DNA of 64,000 bases from a candidate division WOR-3 bacterium (GTDB lineage Bacteria > Hydrothermota > Tepidihabitantia > Tepidihabitantales > Tepidihabitantaceae), in the NCBI GenBank assembly GCA_965648935.1, contig CBFGIY010000001.1, forward strand, positions 40,216-104,215, written 5' to 3'. Positions within the stretch are counted from its first letter, which is position 1; each line of letters opens with the position of its first letter. Of this stretch, positions 9,780 through 18,506 are shown in pieces. The notes beneath the pieces are model-generated. The model saw only the letters and a program-made list of their open reading frames with translations. It ran no database searches and had not been told where the DNA came from. The position numbers and the translations under genes were made by a program.

Positions 9780-11044
9780 TGTGCCTGCCGCGACTGCCGG
9801 TAAGCCTCAAGCGCAGCCGGGAAAGGCTCCAGCGCCCGTTCGAAGATGCCGAGCGACCAGGCTATGGCAAGTCCGTAGTTGGTGATTGGCACGCCCTGGG
9901 CCCGGCATTGCGCCACGCGGTTGAGCACTGCACGGCGGTTGGTCATGCACGCCCCGCAGTGGACCACGAGGCTGTACTGCGACACGTCGGCGGGAAAATC
10001 ATGGCCTTGATGGGTGGTGAACTCGACCTTGCCGCCGACGTACTGGGTGATCCATCGCGGTATCTTCACTCGACCGATGTCGTCGCCGATCGGGTGGTGT
10101 GTGCAGCTCTCGGCGACCAGCACGCGGTCCCCGGGCTTGAGCCGGTCGATCGCGACCGCGCCCCGAACCATCTCGACCAGGTCGCCCTTGAATCGGGCGA
10201 AGAGAATCGAGAAAGAGGTCATCTTCACCCCCGTCGGCGTGTCGGCCGAAACCTTGAGAAACGCTTGCGAGTCGGTCACGACGATGTCCGGCGGCCGGTT
10301 GAGTCGCCCGAGCGCATCCGCGAGCTCGCGCTCCTTCACAACCGCGCAGTAGGCGTCGTTGTCCAGGACATCGCGGATGGTCTGCACCTGCGGTTGAATC
10401 AGCCGGCCGCGCGGCGCTTCCTTGTCAATCGGCACCACGAGCACCGCCATCCCGCCCGGCGGAACGAGATCGCCGATTATCGTCGGCGGGTTCACGAAGT
10501 CCTCAGGTGCCGCTTCTATCAGGGCCTGCCTGAGATCGAGCACGCCGGCGCCGTCACGCGCCGCCGTGCGCACGGTCCGCACGCCATCGGCCCGCAGCTT
10601 CGCCTCGACGCTGTCCGGCGGCGCGGCGATATCGCTCTTGTTGAACACCGCGACGACCGGCACGCCGCGCGCGCGCAGCTCGGCGGCCATCTTCTCCTCG
10701 AACGCGTTCCACCGGCCGGCGTCGGTCACGATGAGACCGATGTCGGTCCGCTCGATGATCCGCCGGGTCTTCTCAACCCGCATCGCGCCGAGCGCGCCCT
10801 CGTCGTCAATCCCGGCCGTGTCGATGAACAGCACCGGTCCCAGCGGCAGCAGCTCCATCGGCTTCTCGACCGGGTCGGTTGTCGTGCCCGCCACTTCCGA
10901 GACGATTGATACCTGCTGGCGGGTCAGAGCGTTCAGCAGCGACGACTTGCCCACGTTGCGTCGACCGAAGATGCCGATGTGCAGACGCAGCGCCCTGGGC
11001 GCGGCCCTCATCGGGACCTCCAACGCGCGCTCTGCATTCTGCAC
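9776..11044 (-). CDS. hydF: [FeFe]-hydrogenase maturation GTPase HydF
   Basis: G1 motif GRRNVGKSS, G3 motif DTAGID, and a C-terminal FeS motif CTHH...HCGAC. It overlaps hydE by 4 nt. Confidence 0.8.
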   Translation of the reverse strand: MQNAERALEVPMRAAPRALRLHIGIFGRRNVGKSSLLNALTRQQVSIVSEVAGTTTDPVEKPMELLPLGPVLFIDTAGIDDEGALGAMRVEKTRRIIERTDIGLIVTDAGRWNAFEEKMAAELRARGVPVVAVFNKSDIAAPPDSVEAKLRADGVRTVRTAARDGAGVLDLRQALIEAAPEDFVNPPTIIGDLVPPGGMAVLVVPIDKEAPRGRLIQPQVQTIRDVLDNDAYCAVVKERELADALGRLNRPPDIVVTDSQAFLKVSADTPTGVKMTSFSILFARFKGDLVEMVRGAVAIDRLKPGDRVLVAESCTHHPIGDDIGRVKIPRWITQYVGGKVEFTTHQGHDFPADVSQYSLVVHCGACMTNRRAVLNRVAQCRAQGVPITNYGLAIAWSLGIFERALEPFPAALEAYRQSRQAQ

Positions 11045-11065
11045 TCTGCCTTCTGCATTCCCCTG

Positions 11066-12712
11066 CTACTCCGGGCTTCCCAGCCGGTTGACCGCCTCGG
11101 GCGCGACCAGTTCGTCGAACCTCTCCGGCGCGAGGCCGTACAGCTCGCCGGCCAGCTCGCGCAGCGACCTGCCCGTGCGCGCCGCCTCCTTGACCAGCGT
11201 CTCGGATTTCTCGTAACCCAGCTCGCCGACCAGCGCGGTCACGGTCGCGGTCGTGTTCTCAACGAACCTGCGGCAGCGCGACTCGTTCGCCTTCAGCCCG
11301 GCGACGCAGTGCAGCCGCAGGATGCGGCAGGCATTGTGCAGCAAGTCCAGCTCGTCCAGCAGGCAGGCCGCGATGAGCGGCATGAACTGGTTCAGTTCGA
11401 GGTTCCCGCCGGCTGCGGCCTGCGCGATTACCGCATCGAGGCCCATCACCATCAGCGCCGCCTGGGCAACCGCCTCGGGAATCACCGGGTTGACCTTGCC
11501 CGGCATTATCGTCGAACCGGCCTGGCGTTCGGGCAGCACGAGCTCGCCCAGCCCGGCCTCCGGCCCGGACGACAGCAGGCGCAGGTCGTTGCTGACCTTG
11601 AAAAGGTTCACGGCGCAGGCCTTCATTATTCCCGACGCCTCAACGAAAGCGTCGCAGTTCTGCGTCGCATCGACGAGGTTCTCGGCCCGGGCCAGGCCCA
11701 GGCCCGTGATCTCGCGCAGGATATCGGTCACCCGGAAGATGTAGCGCCGGGGCGCGCCGATGCCCGTGCCGATGGCCGTGCCGCCGAGGTTCACGGTGCG
11801 CAGCCGCTCGCCGCTCTTGAATACCCGCCAGCGGTCGCGCGCGAACGCCTCGGCGTACGCACCCATCTCTCTTCCCAGAGTGGTCAGCACGGCATCCTGC
11901 ATCTCGGTCCGGCCGACCTTCACGACCCGGGCAAACTCCCGCTCCCTGGCCTGGAACTCCTCCTGCAGCGCGACCAGTTCCTCTTCAAGCTCGGCCAGGG
12001 ATTTGAGCGCCGCGACCTTCAGCGCGGTCGGGTAGGTGTCATTGGTCGACTGGTGTCGGTTCAGGTCGTCGTGGGGCGACACGCGGCTGTAGTCGCCCTT
12101 GCGGCTGCCCAGTATTTCCAGCGCACGGTTCGCCAGCACCTCGTTGACGTTCATGTTGGTCGATGTGCCGGCCCCGCCCTGCAGCGCGTCGACCAGCACC
12201 TGGCTGTCGAGCCGCCCGGCCATCATCTCGGCGCAGGCCGCCTCGATCGCGTCGGCCTTGGCTTCATCCTCGCGCCAGGCCCCGAGCTCGCGGTTGGCCC
12301 GCGCGCAAGCCAGCTTCACGGCACCGTAGGCGCGCACGAGAAAAGAGTGAACCGGCCGGCCGGCAAGCGGGAAGTTCTCCAGTGCCCGCGCGGTGTGGAT
12401 GCCGTAGAGCGCCTCGGCCGGCACGCTGCGCTCGCCCAGGAGGTCGGCCTCGGTGCGCATCTGGGCACCGGCCCGGAACCGGCGAAACTCGCTGCTCACC
12501 AGCTCGGCCAGCCCGGGACCGACGTTCTCGCCGAGGACTGCATACTCGGTGTCGGCGACCACGGTCTCGGCCGGCTCGAGCCGTTCCTCGCCCACGCTCC
12601 AGAGGAAATCCCAGCGCGGCCCGGCGCGGCGGCACAGCCACAGCTTGGCCGGCTGGGAACGCACCAGCCTCTCCAGCGCGGTCCGAAACTCAGAAACAGA
12701 CGTCTCGCTCAT
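11066..12712 (-). CDS. Aspartate ammonia-lyase-like (fumarase/aspartase family) protein embedded in the hyd maturase operon
   Basis: Family signature GSTIMPGKVNP and the aspartase N-terminal block RTEADLLGERSVPAEALYGIHTARALENF. The ATG at 12712 adds an 84-aa N-terminal extension and a 23-nt overlap with hydG. The internal Met at ~12460 would give a canonical 464-aa protein. Confidence 0.75.
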   Translation of the reverse strand: MSETSVSEFRTALERLVRSQPAKLWLCRRAGPRWDFLWSVGEERLEPAETVVADTEYAVLGENVGPGLAELVSSEFRRFRAGAQMRTEADLLGERSVPAEALYGIHTARALENFPLAGRPVHSFLVRAYGAVKLACARANRELGAWREDEAKADAIEAACAEMMAGRLDSQVLVDALQGGAGTSTNMNVNEVLANRALEILGSRKGDYSRVSPHDDLNRHQSTNDTYPTALKVAALKSLAELEEELVALQEEFQAREREFARVVKVGRTEMQDAVLTTLGREMGAYAEAFARDRWRVFKSGERLRTVNLGGTAIGTGIGAPRRYIFRVTDILREITGLGLARAENLVDATQNCDAFVEASGIMKACAVNLFKVSNDLRLLSSGPEAGLGELVLPERQAGSTIMPGKVNPVIPEAVAQAALMVMGLDAVIAQAAAGGNLELNQFMPLIAACLLDELDLLHNACRILRLHCVAGLKANESRCRRFVENTTATVTALVGELGYEKSETLVKEAARTGRSLRELAGELYGLAPERFDELVAPEAVNRLGSPE

Positions 12713-14108
12713 CGCTCGTCCTTATCTTCTCTATGCGGTCCCGCACCTGTTCGCGCCGCTTCTCGTCCGGGATGCCGGCCAGCTCGCGCTCGATCAGCGC
12801 GAAGCCGGCCGCGCGCGTTTCCGGGCCGGCGTAGTCGACGAGGTACTCGGCCAGCGTGGCCAGAGCGTTGGGCGTGCAGTAGCGCTTGATGAACCCGGGA
12901 ATCGAAAACTCCATGAAGTGCTCGCCGGTGCGGCCCAGCCGGTAACAGGAAGTGCACCAGCTCGGGACGAACCCGTCGTCGATGAGCTCGCGCACGACCG
13001 CCTCGAGACCGCGCGTGTCCTGAATCTCGAACTGCTCGCGGTTCAGCTCCTGGCACTCGCCCTCGCGGCACTCCTGATAGGCGCCCAGCTCGATGCGCGT
13101 GCCGGCGTCAATCTGCGACACACCGAGGCGCAGCGCCTGGCGCCGTAGCTCTGGCCGCTCGCGCGCGGTCAGGATCAGACCGGTGTAGGGCACGGCCAGC
13201 CGGATCACCGCGATGAGCTTGAGGAAATCGGCGTCGCTGACAAAGTGACTGCGGTCCAGCGTGACATTCGATGCGACGTTCACGCGGGGAAAGCTGATGG
13301 TGTGCGGCCCGACCCCGAATCGCTGCTCAAGGTGAATCGTGTGATAGAGCAGGCCCATCACCTCGAACCGCCAGTCGGCCAGGCCGAAGAGCGCGCCGAT
13401 GCCGACATCGTCCACCCCGGCCTGCATCGCCCGGTCGTGGGCCAGAAGCCGCCACAGGTAGTCGCCCTTGCGGGTGTTGCCCGGATGGACCCGGCGGTAG
13501 GTCTCGTGGTGGTAGGTTTCCTGGAAGACCTGGTAAGTGCCGATGCCGACCGCCTTCATCGTCCGGTAGCCCTCGACATCGAGCGGCGCCGCGTTGATGT
13601 TCACCCGCCGTATCTCGCCCCGGCCGACCCTGGTCGAGTAGACGATGCGCACCACCCGCGCCATCTCCTCGGCCGAGTAGTCCGGATGCTCGCCCCAGAC
13701 CAGTATCAGACGCTTGTGGCCCTGGCTCTCGAGCGCGGCCAGCTCTCTGTGCAGCTCGGTATCGGACAGCGTCTTGCGCACCACCTCGCGGTTGGTGCAC
13801 TTGAAGCCGCAGTACGCGCAGTTATTGACGCACTTGTCGCCGATGTACAGCGGCGCGAACAGCACGATCCGGTTGCCGTAAACCGCTTCCTTGAGCTGTC
13901 GGGCGGCCTCGAACACCTCCTCCAGCAGCGCCGGCTCCTCCACGGCAAGCAGCGTCGCCACCTCTTCCGGTTCGAGCCGGTTCTTGGCCAGGCTGCGCGC
14001 GACAATCTCCCGCACCCGCGCCGGCTCGGGCCTGGCCCGCTCCAGCGTCTCCTGAATCCTGTCGTCGTCGATGAAGTCGACGGCCTCGGTCTTCCTTGCC
14101 GCGGTCAT
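12690..14108 (-). CDS. hydG: [FeFe]-hydrogenase maturase HydG (radical SAM tyrosine lyase)
   Basis: CVNNCAYCGF radical-SAM motif, a ThiH-like core, and the C-terminal CTSCYR auxiliary cluster motif. Confidence 0.85.
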   Translation of the reverse strand: MTAARKTEAVDFIDDDRIQETLERARPEPARVREIVARSLAKNRLEPEEVATLLAVEEPALLEEVFEAARQLKEAVYGNRIVLFAPLYIGDKCVNNCAYCGFKCTNREVVRKTLSDTELHRELAALESQGHKRLILVWGEHPDYSAEEMARVVRIVYSTRVGRGEIRRVNINAAPLDVEGYRTMKAVGIGTYQVFQETYHHETYRRVHPGNTRKGDYLWRLLAHDRAMQAGVDDVGIGALFGLADWRFEVMGLLYHTIHLEQRFGVGPHTISFPRVNVASNVTLDRSHFVSDADFLKLIAVIRLAVPYTGLILTARERPELRRQALRLGVSQIDAGTRIELGAYQECREGECQELNREQFEIQDTRGLEAVVRELIDDGFVPSWCTSCYRLGRTGEHFMEFSIPGFIKRYCTPNALATLAEYLVDYAGPETRAAGFALIERELAGIPDEKRREQVRDRIEKIRTSDERDVCF

Positions 14109-14455
14109 CTTTCCATCCCCCTGTCATCGCCGCGGGGTTCGCCTTCCGGCATCTGGTCTCTGACTTCGACCTCGTGCCCTCTGCCGTTCTTCTTCCTCAA
14201 TGCCGCCTTCACGCTCACGCCCGGTATCGAACCCAGCTTCCCGGTCAGGGCCCCGATTTCATCGTTCGTGCCGTCCACGATGACGGCCACGACCGACAGG
14301 TCCCTTTCCCGGTACGGGATGCCCATCCGCCCGACGACTATCGCGGCGTGGTCGGACAGCACCGCGTTCACCCGCGGCGCCGCGGCCAGGCGGTTCTCGA
14401 CAAACACCGCAACCACACCCAGCCGGTGCCCGGCTGCGATATGTGCTTCGCTCAC
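14105..14455 (-). CDS. TM1266-like small regulator of the iron-only hydrogenase system (NikR-C/ACT-like)
   Basis: The ~85-aa core (VVAVFVENRLAAAPRVNAVLSDHAAIVVGRMGIPYRERDLSVVAVIVDGTNDEIGALTGKLGSIPGVSVKAAL) resembles the family found upstream of hydG. It overlaps the hydG start as ATGA. Confidence 0.6.
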   Translation of the reverse strand: MSEAHIAAGHRLGVVAVFVENRLAAAPRVNAVLSDHAAIVVGRMGIPYRERDLSVVAVIVDGTNDEIGALTGKLGSIPGVSVKAALRKKNGRGHEVEVRDQMPEGEPRGDDRGMER

Positions 14456-14679
14456 TGCTCTTGCCTTTCTTTCAAAGCGTTCTCTGGGAAGCGCTCGAGG
14501 CTGGAACGCCCCGCCGGACTCAGGCGCGGTCTTCCGCCGCCCTTATCCCGGGACCAGGCTTCCGAATTGGGTCCTCCGCGCCGGCCCGGCCGGCCCGTCA
14601 GACAGCTCATCATACCCGGCCGGCCGGGCCGGTCAAGCAAGGTGCAGGGCGCGCGCCGTCAGCCCGGCCCCGCCATTCC

Positions 14680-14707
14680 TTGCCTGCAATTGAGCCAACG
14701 CTATAAT
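14680..14707 (+). promoter_or_regulatory. Sigma70-like promoter for the SPT-like/ACS operon
   Basis: -35 TTGCCT (14680-14685), 16-nt spacer, -10 TATAAT (14702-14707). A GGGAGG RBS lies 5 nt before the GTG at 14745. Confidence 0.5.
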
Positions 14708-14744
14708 CGCGCAGGCGTCAGATACCCTGTAACCGGGAGGCACC

Positions 14745-15929
14745 GTGGACCTGTTCGATAAATGCCGTCAGTTCGACATGATGCTCGGCTTCGTCCGCGC
14801 CCAGGGCCGGTTCTTCTACGGCCGCGACCTCGAGCCCGCGGCGTCGCCGGTCACGACCCGCGCCGGCCGCGAGCTCGTCAACCTCGGCTCCAACAACTAC
14901 CTCGGCCTGACCGACGACCCGAAGGTGAAAGCCGCGGCCATCGCCGCAGTCGAGCGCTACGGCACCGGCTCGGCCGGCTCGCGCCTGCTCACCGGCACCA
15001 CGCCCCTGCACCTCGAGATGGAGCGGCGCCTCGCCGAGTTCAAGCACGCCGACTCGGTCGTCTCGTTCTCGGCCGGGTTCATGGCGCTTTCGGCCACGGT
15101 TGCGACCCTCGCCGGCGAAAACGACCTCATCTTCTCCGACGAGCTCAACCACGCCTCGATAATCGACGGCTGCCGCCACTCCCGCGCGAAGACTGTTGTC
15201 TACCGGCACAATGACCTCGCCGACCTCGAATCAAAGCTCAAGGCCGCGCCGCCCGACGCGGCCCGGCTCATCGTCACCGACGGCGTCTTCTCGATGGAGG
15301 GCGACATCTGCGAGCTTCCCGGCCTGCACAAGCTGTCCCAGGCCCACAACTGCCGGCTGATGGTCGATGACGCCCACGCGACCGGCGTGCTCGGCCCGAC
15401 CGGCCGCGGCACGGCCGAGCACTTCGGGCTCGAGGGCAAAGTCGACATCACCTCGGGCACGCTCTCCAAGTCGATGGCCGCGGTCGGCGGGTTCACCGCC
15501 GCGCCGCGCACGGTGACCGACTACCTGCGATACAACGCCCGGATGTCCATCTTCTCGGCCAGCCTGCCGCCGTCCGTGCCCGCGACCGTGCTCGCCGCGC
15601 TCGAAGTGCTGTCGTCCGAACCCGGGCGCGTGGCGCGGCTCCACGCCAACTCGCGCTTCATCGCCGGGAGGCTCGTCGCCGACGGGTTCAAAACCGCCTA
15701 CCGCGGCACGCCGATACTGCCCATATACATCGGCGACGACGACAAGGCTTACCAGATGGCCGGCCGGCTCGAGCAGGAGGGCGTCTTTGCCAACCCGGTC
15801 GTGTACCCGGCCGTGCCCCGCGGCTCAGCCATCATCCGCATCAGCCTGATGGCGACGCACACCGAGGAACAGCTCGGCCGCGCCGCCGACAAGTTCCGGC
15901 TCGTCGGCCGGGAACTGGGGGTCATCTAG
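14745..15929 (+). CDS. Alpha-oxoamine synthase, serine-palmitoyltransferase-like (PLP-dependent; BioF/KBL/SPT/CqsA family)
   Basis: PLP-lysine block GTLSKSMAAVGGF, which is closest to the SPT TFSKSxGxxGGF. Also shows the AOS fold motifs NNYLGL, SGFMAL and DDAHATG. Confidence 0.8.
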   Translation: MDLFDKCRQFDMMLGFVRAQGRFFYGRDLEPAASPVTTRAGRELVNLGSNNYLGLTDDPKVKAAAIAAVERYGTGSAGSRLLTGTTPLHLEMERRLAEFKHADSVVSFSAGFMALSATVATLAGENDLIFSDELNHASIIDGCRHSRAKTVVYRHNDLADLESKLKAAPPDAARLIVTDGVFSMEGDICELPGLHKLSQAHNCRLMVDDAHATGVLGPTGRGTAEHFGLEGKVDITSGTLSKSMAAVGGFTAAPRTVTDYLRYNARMSIFSASLPPSVPATVLAALEVLSSEPGRVARLHANSRFIAGRLVADGFKTAYRGTPILPIYIGDDDKAYQMAGRLEQEGVFANPVVYPAVPRGSAIIRISLMATHTEEQLGRAADKFRLVGRELGVI

Positions 15930-17726
15930 ATGCCCGACACCATCTACCAGGCTTTCGCCGAGGTCGCCCGGCGCCACGCCGCGCGTCCCGCGCTGATGAA
16001 CAAGGTCGAGGGGCGCTACGTGCCGGTCAGCTACGCCGACCTCGCGCGCACGGTGGACGAGGTCGCGGCCGGACTGGCCGCGCGCGGCGTCAGGGTCGGG
16101 GACCGCGTCGGCATATACTCCTACAACCGGCCCGAATGGGTCGTCACAGACCTCGCCGTGGCCAAGCTCGGCGCGGTGCTCATCCCGGTCTACCACACCC
16201 TGCCCGAGGACGCGGTGCGCTACATCCTCAACGACGCCAGGGTCAGCCACCTCGTGGTCGAATCGCCCGACCTGTTCGCCGTGGTCGCGCGGGTGATGGC
16301 CGCGGTGCCGGACCTGACCGATGTCATCACGCTGTTCGCGCACGACCAGACCAGCCATACGGGCAAGTCCCTGTTCTCGTTCGAGCTGCTCCGGGCCGAA
16401 GGTGCCCGGGCGCTCGCCGCCGACCCCGGCCTGGCCATGGCGCACGAGCCGGGCCCGGACGACCTGTTCACGGTCTGCTACACCTCGGGCACGACCGGCG
16501 AGCCCAAGGGCGCGATGCTCACCCACCGCAACATCCTCTCCAATGTCATCTCCGGCGCGGCGCGGTTCGACATCAACGAGCGCGACGTCTTCGTGTCCTT
16601 CCTGCCGCTCTGCCATATGTTCGAGCGCACCTGCGGCTACTACACCGTGCTGCTCGTCGGCGGCTGCATCGCCTACGCCGAATCGACCCAGACCGTCGCC
16701 CGCGACGTCCAGGCCGTGAGGCCGACCGTGCTCATCGTCGTGCCCCGCGTGCTCGAAAAGGTGTACAACGTCGTGCGCGAGCGCGTGCTCACCGGCCCGG
16801 CCTGGAAGCGCTGGCTGATGGTCGAGTCACTGCGCGTCTACGGCCGCCACCACCGCCTCAAGTCGCGCAACCAGCCGATACCGTTCGGGCTCAGGCTCTC
16901 CCACTGGCTGCTCGGCCGGCTCGTCGTCAGAAAGCTCCACGCGCTGGCCGGCGGCCGGCTGCGCTACCTCGTGTCCGGCGGCGCGCCCCTGGACAAGCGG
17001 CTCGGCCGCATCCTGCGCAGCCTCGAGTTCAACATCTACGAGGGCTACGGCCTGACCGAGACCTCGCCCGTGGTCTGCTCGATGATGCCCGGCGACGAGC
17101 GCATCGGCACGGTCGGCAAGCCGATGGAGGACGTCGAGATACGCATCGGCCCCGACTCGGAAATCCTCGTCCGCGGCCCCAACGTGATGAAGGGCTACCT
17201 CAACAAGCCCGACGAGACCGCCAGGGTCATCGACGCCGACGGCTGGTTCCACACCGGCGACCAGGGCCGGTTTGACGAGCGCGGCAACCTCGTCATCACC
17301 GGCCGCATCAAGGAGCTCATCGTCAACTCCTACGGCAAGAACATCGCCCCGGTGCCGATCGAGCAGAAGCTCGCCTCGTCCGAGTACATCGAACAGGCGA
17401 TGGTCTATGGCGACCGCAAGCCCTTTCTTTCCGCGCTCATCGTGCCATCGCGCATCGTGCTCGAGGAGTGGTGCCGCGGCCAGGGCATCGACTGCGCCGA
17501 CTTCTCGCGCGCGCTCGACGAACCCCGCGTCGTCGCGCTCTACCGCGCCGAGGTGGAAAGCGCGCTCAAGGACTTCGCCCAGTACGAACAGGTCAAGGCT
17601 TTCCGGCTCATCCCCGAACCGTTCACGGTCGAAAACGGCCTCCTGACCCCGTCGTTCAAGCTGCGCCGGCCCCAGGTCTATGAAGCCTACAAGGAAGCGA
17701 TCGAGAAGCTCTACGAAGGACATTGA
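15930..17726 (+). CDS. Long-chain fatty-acid--CoA ligase (AMP-dependent synthetase)
   Basis: AMP-binding motif YTSGTTGEPKGAMLTHRN, plus the GYGLTE and GWFHTGD motifs. It is about 600 aa, FadD15-like. Its ATG immediately follows the AOS stop. Confidence 0.85.
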   Translation: MPDTIYQAFAEVARRHAARPALMNKVEGRYVPVSYADLARTVDEVAAGLAARGVRVGDRVGIYSYNRPEWVVTDLAVAKLGAVLIPVYHTLPEDAVRYILNDARVSHLVVESPDLFAVVARVMAAVPDLTDVITLFAHDQTSHTGKSLFSFELLRAEGARALAADPGLAMAHEPGPDDLFTVCYTSGTTGEPKGAMLTHRNILSNVISGAARFDINERDVFVSFLPLCHMFERTCGYYTVLLVGGCIAYAESTQTVARDVQAVRPTVLIVVPRVLEKVYNVVRERVLTGPAWKRWLMVESLRVYGRHHRLKSRNQPIPFGLRLSHWLLGRLVVRKLHALAGGRLRYLVSGGAPLDKRLGRILRSLEFNIYEGYGLTETSPVVCSMMPGDERIGTVGKPMEDVEIRIGPDSEILVRGPNVMKGYLNKPDETARVIDADGWFHTGDQGRFDERGNLVITGRIKELIVNSYGKNIAPVPIEQKLASSEYIEQAMVYGDRKPFLSALIVPSRIVLEEWCRGQGIDCADFSRALDEPRVVALYRAEVESALKDFAQYEQVKAFRLIPEPFTVENGLLTPSFKLRRPQVYEAYKEAIEKLYEGH

Positions 17727-17729
17727 GCA

Positions 17730-18503
17730 GTGAAACCACTCACCGGGCAACCCGACCGTCTGACCGCCGTGTTGTTTCTCATCCTGCTCTGCGTTGTTTC
17801 ACCCCTCGCCCTCGCCGCCGCGCCGCCGGCTGGCTCGCCGCTCGACCGGGCCGAGTTTTTGTTCTTCAACCGCCATCAGAGCCGCGCCTGGCTCGACTCC
17901 GCCTACCGCATCATCGCGGCCGAACGCCGCGCCGACCCGGCTGGCGAGCGCTGCCTCTATCTCTGGTCGCGCATTCATATCCAGAAGGGCGACGAGGCGA
18001 AGACCAGCGCCGAGAAGCTCGAGCTATACACCCGGGCCCGCGCCATCGCCGAAACTCTCATCACCCGCAACGAACGCAACCCGCTCGGCCACACCTGGTG
18101 GGCGGTCGCGCACGGCCGCATCGGCCAGACCCGCGGCGTGTTGAACTCGCTCTTCATGGTCCCGGCCCTGCGCAAGGCGGTCAACCGCGCGGTCGAGCTC
18201 GACCCGAACCAGCCGACCGCACTCGACGTGCTCGGAGTGCTGCACTACGAGTTGCCCGGGTTTGCCGGCGGCGACCTGCACAAGTCCGAAGGATACCTCC
18301 TGCGCGGCATCGAGGCCGACCCGAACTACACCCTGCTCCGGCTCGACCTCGCCAAGGTCTACATCCGCCAGAAGCGCTGGGTCGGCGCGCGCGCCCAGCT
18401 CGCGCGCCTGCTGGCGACCCAGAACCCGACCTACCCGGCCGACTTCTATCTCGACGACAAGCCCGAGGCCGAAGCCCTGCTCGGGGAAATCGCCGGCAGG
18501 TAG
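17730..18503 (+). CDS. Secreted helical-repeat (TPR-like) protein, paralog A
   Basis: Signal peptide LILLCVVSPLALAAA. It shares the blocks WLDSA, P(L/V)GH..WA.A...IG and ALELxP, and a C-terminal Y(W/Y)L(N/D)D...AE.LL.E, with the next gene. It starts 3 nt after the ACS stop. Confidence 0.55.
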   Translation: MKPLTGQPDRLTAVLFLILLCVVSPLALAAAPPAGSPLDRAEFLFFNRHQSRAWLDSAYRIIAAERRADPAGERCLYLWSRIHIQKGDEAKTSAEKLELYTRARAIAETLITRNERNPLGHTWWAVAHGRIGQTRGVLNSLFMVPALRKAVNRAVELDPNQPTALDVLGVLHYELPGFAGGDLHKSEGYLLRGIEADPNYTLLRLDLAKVYIRQKRWVGARAQLARLLATQNPTYPADFYLDDKPEAEALLGEIAGR

Positions 18504-18506
18504 CCC

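Noticed and set aside
8655-12889. Plus-strand ORFs of 382, 378 and 636 aa across the hyd cluster
   Set aside because: Each is antisense to a maturase or aspartase gene with clear catalytic motifs. They are high-GC frame artefacts.
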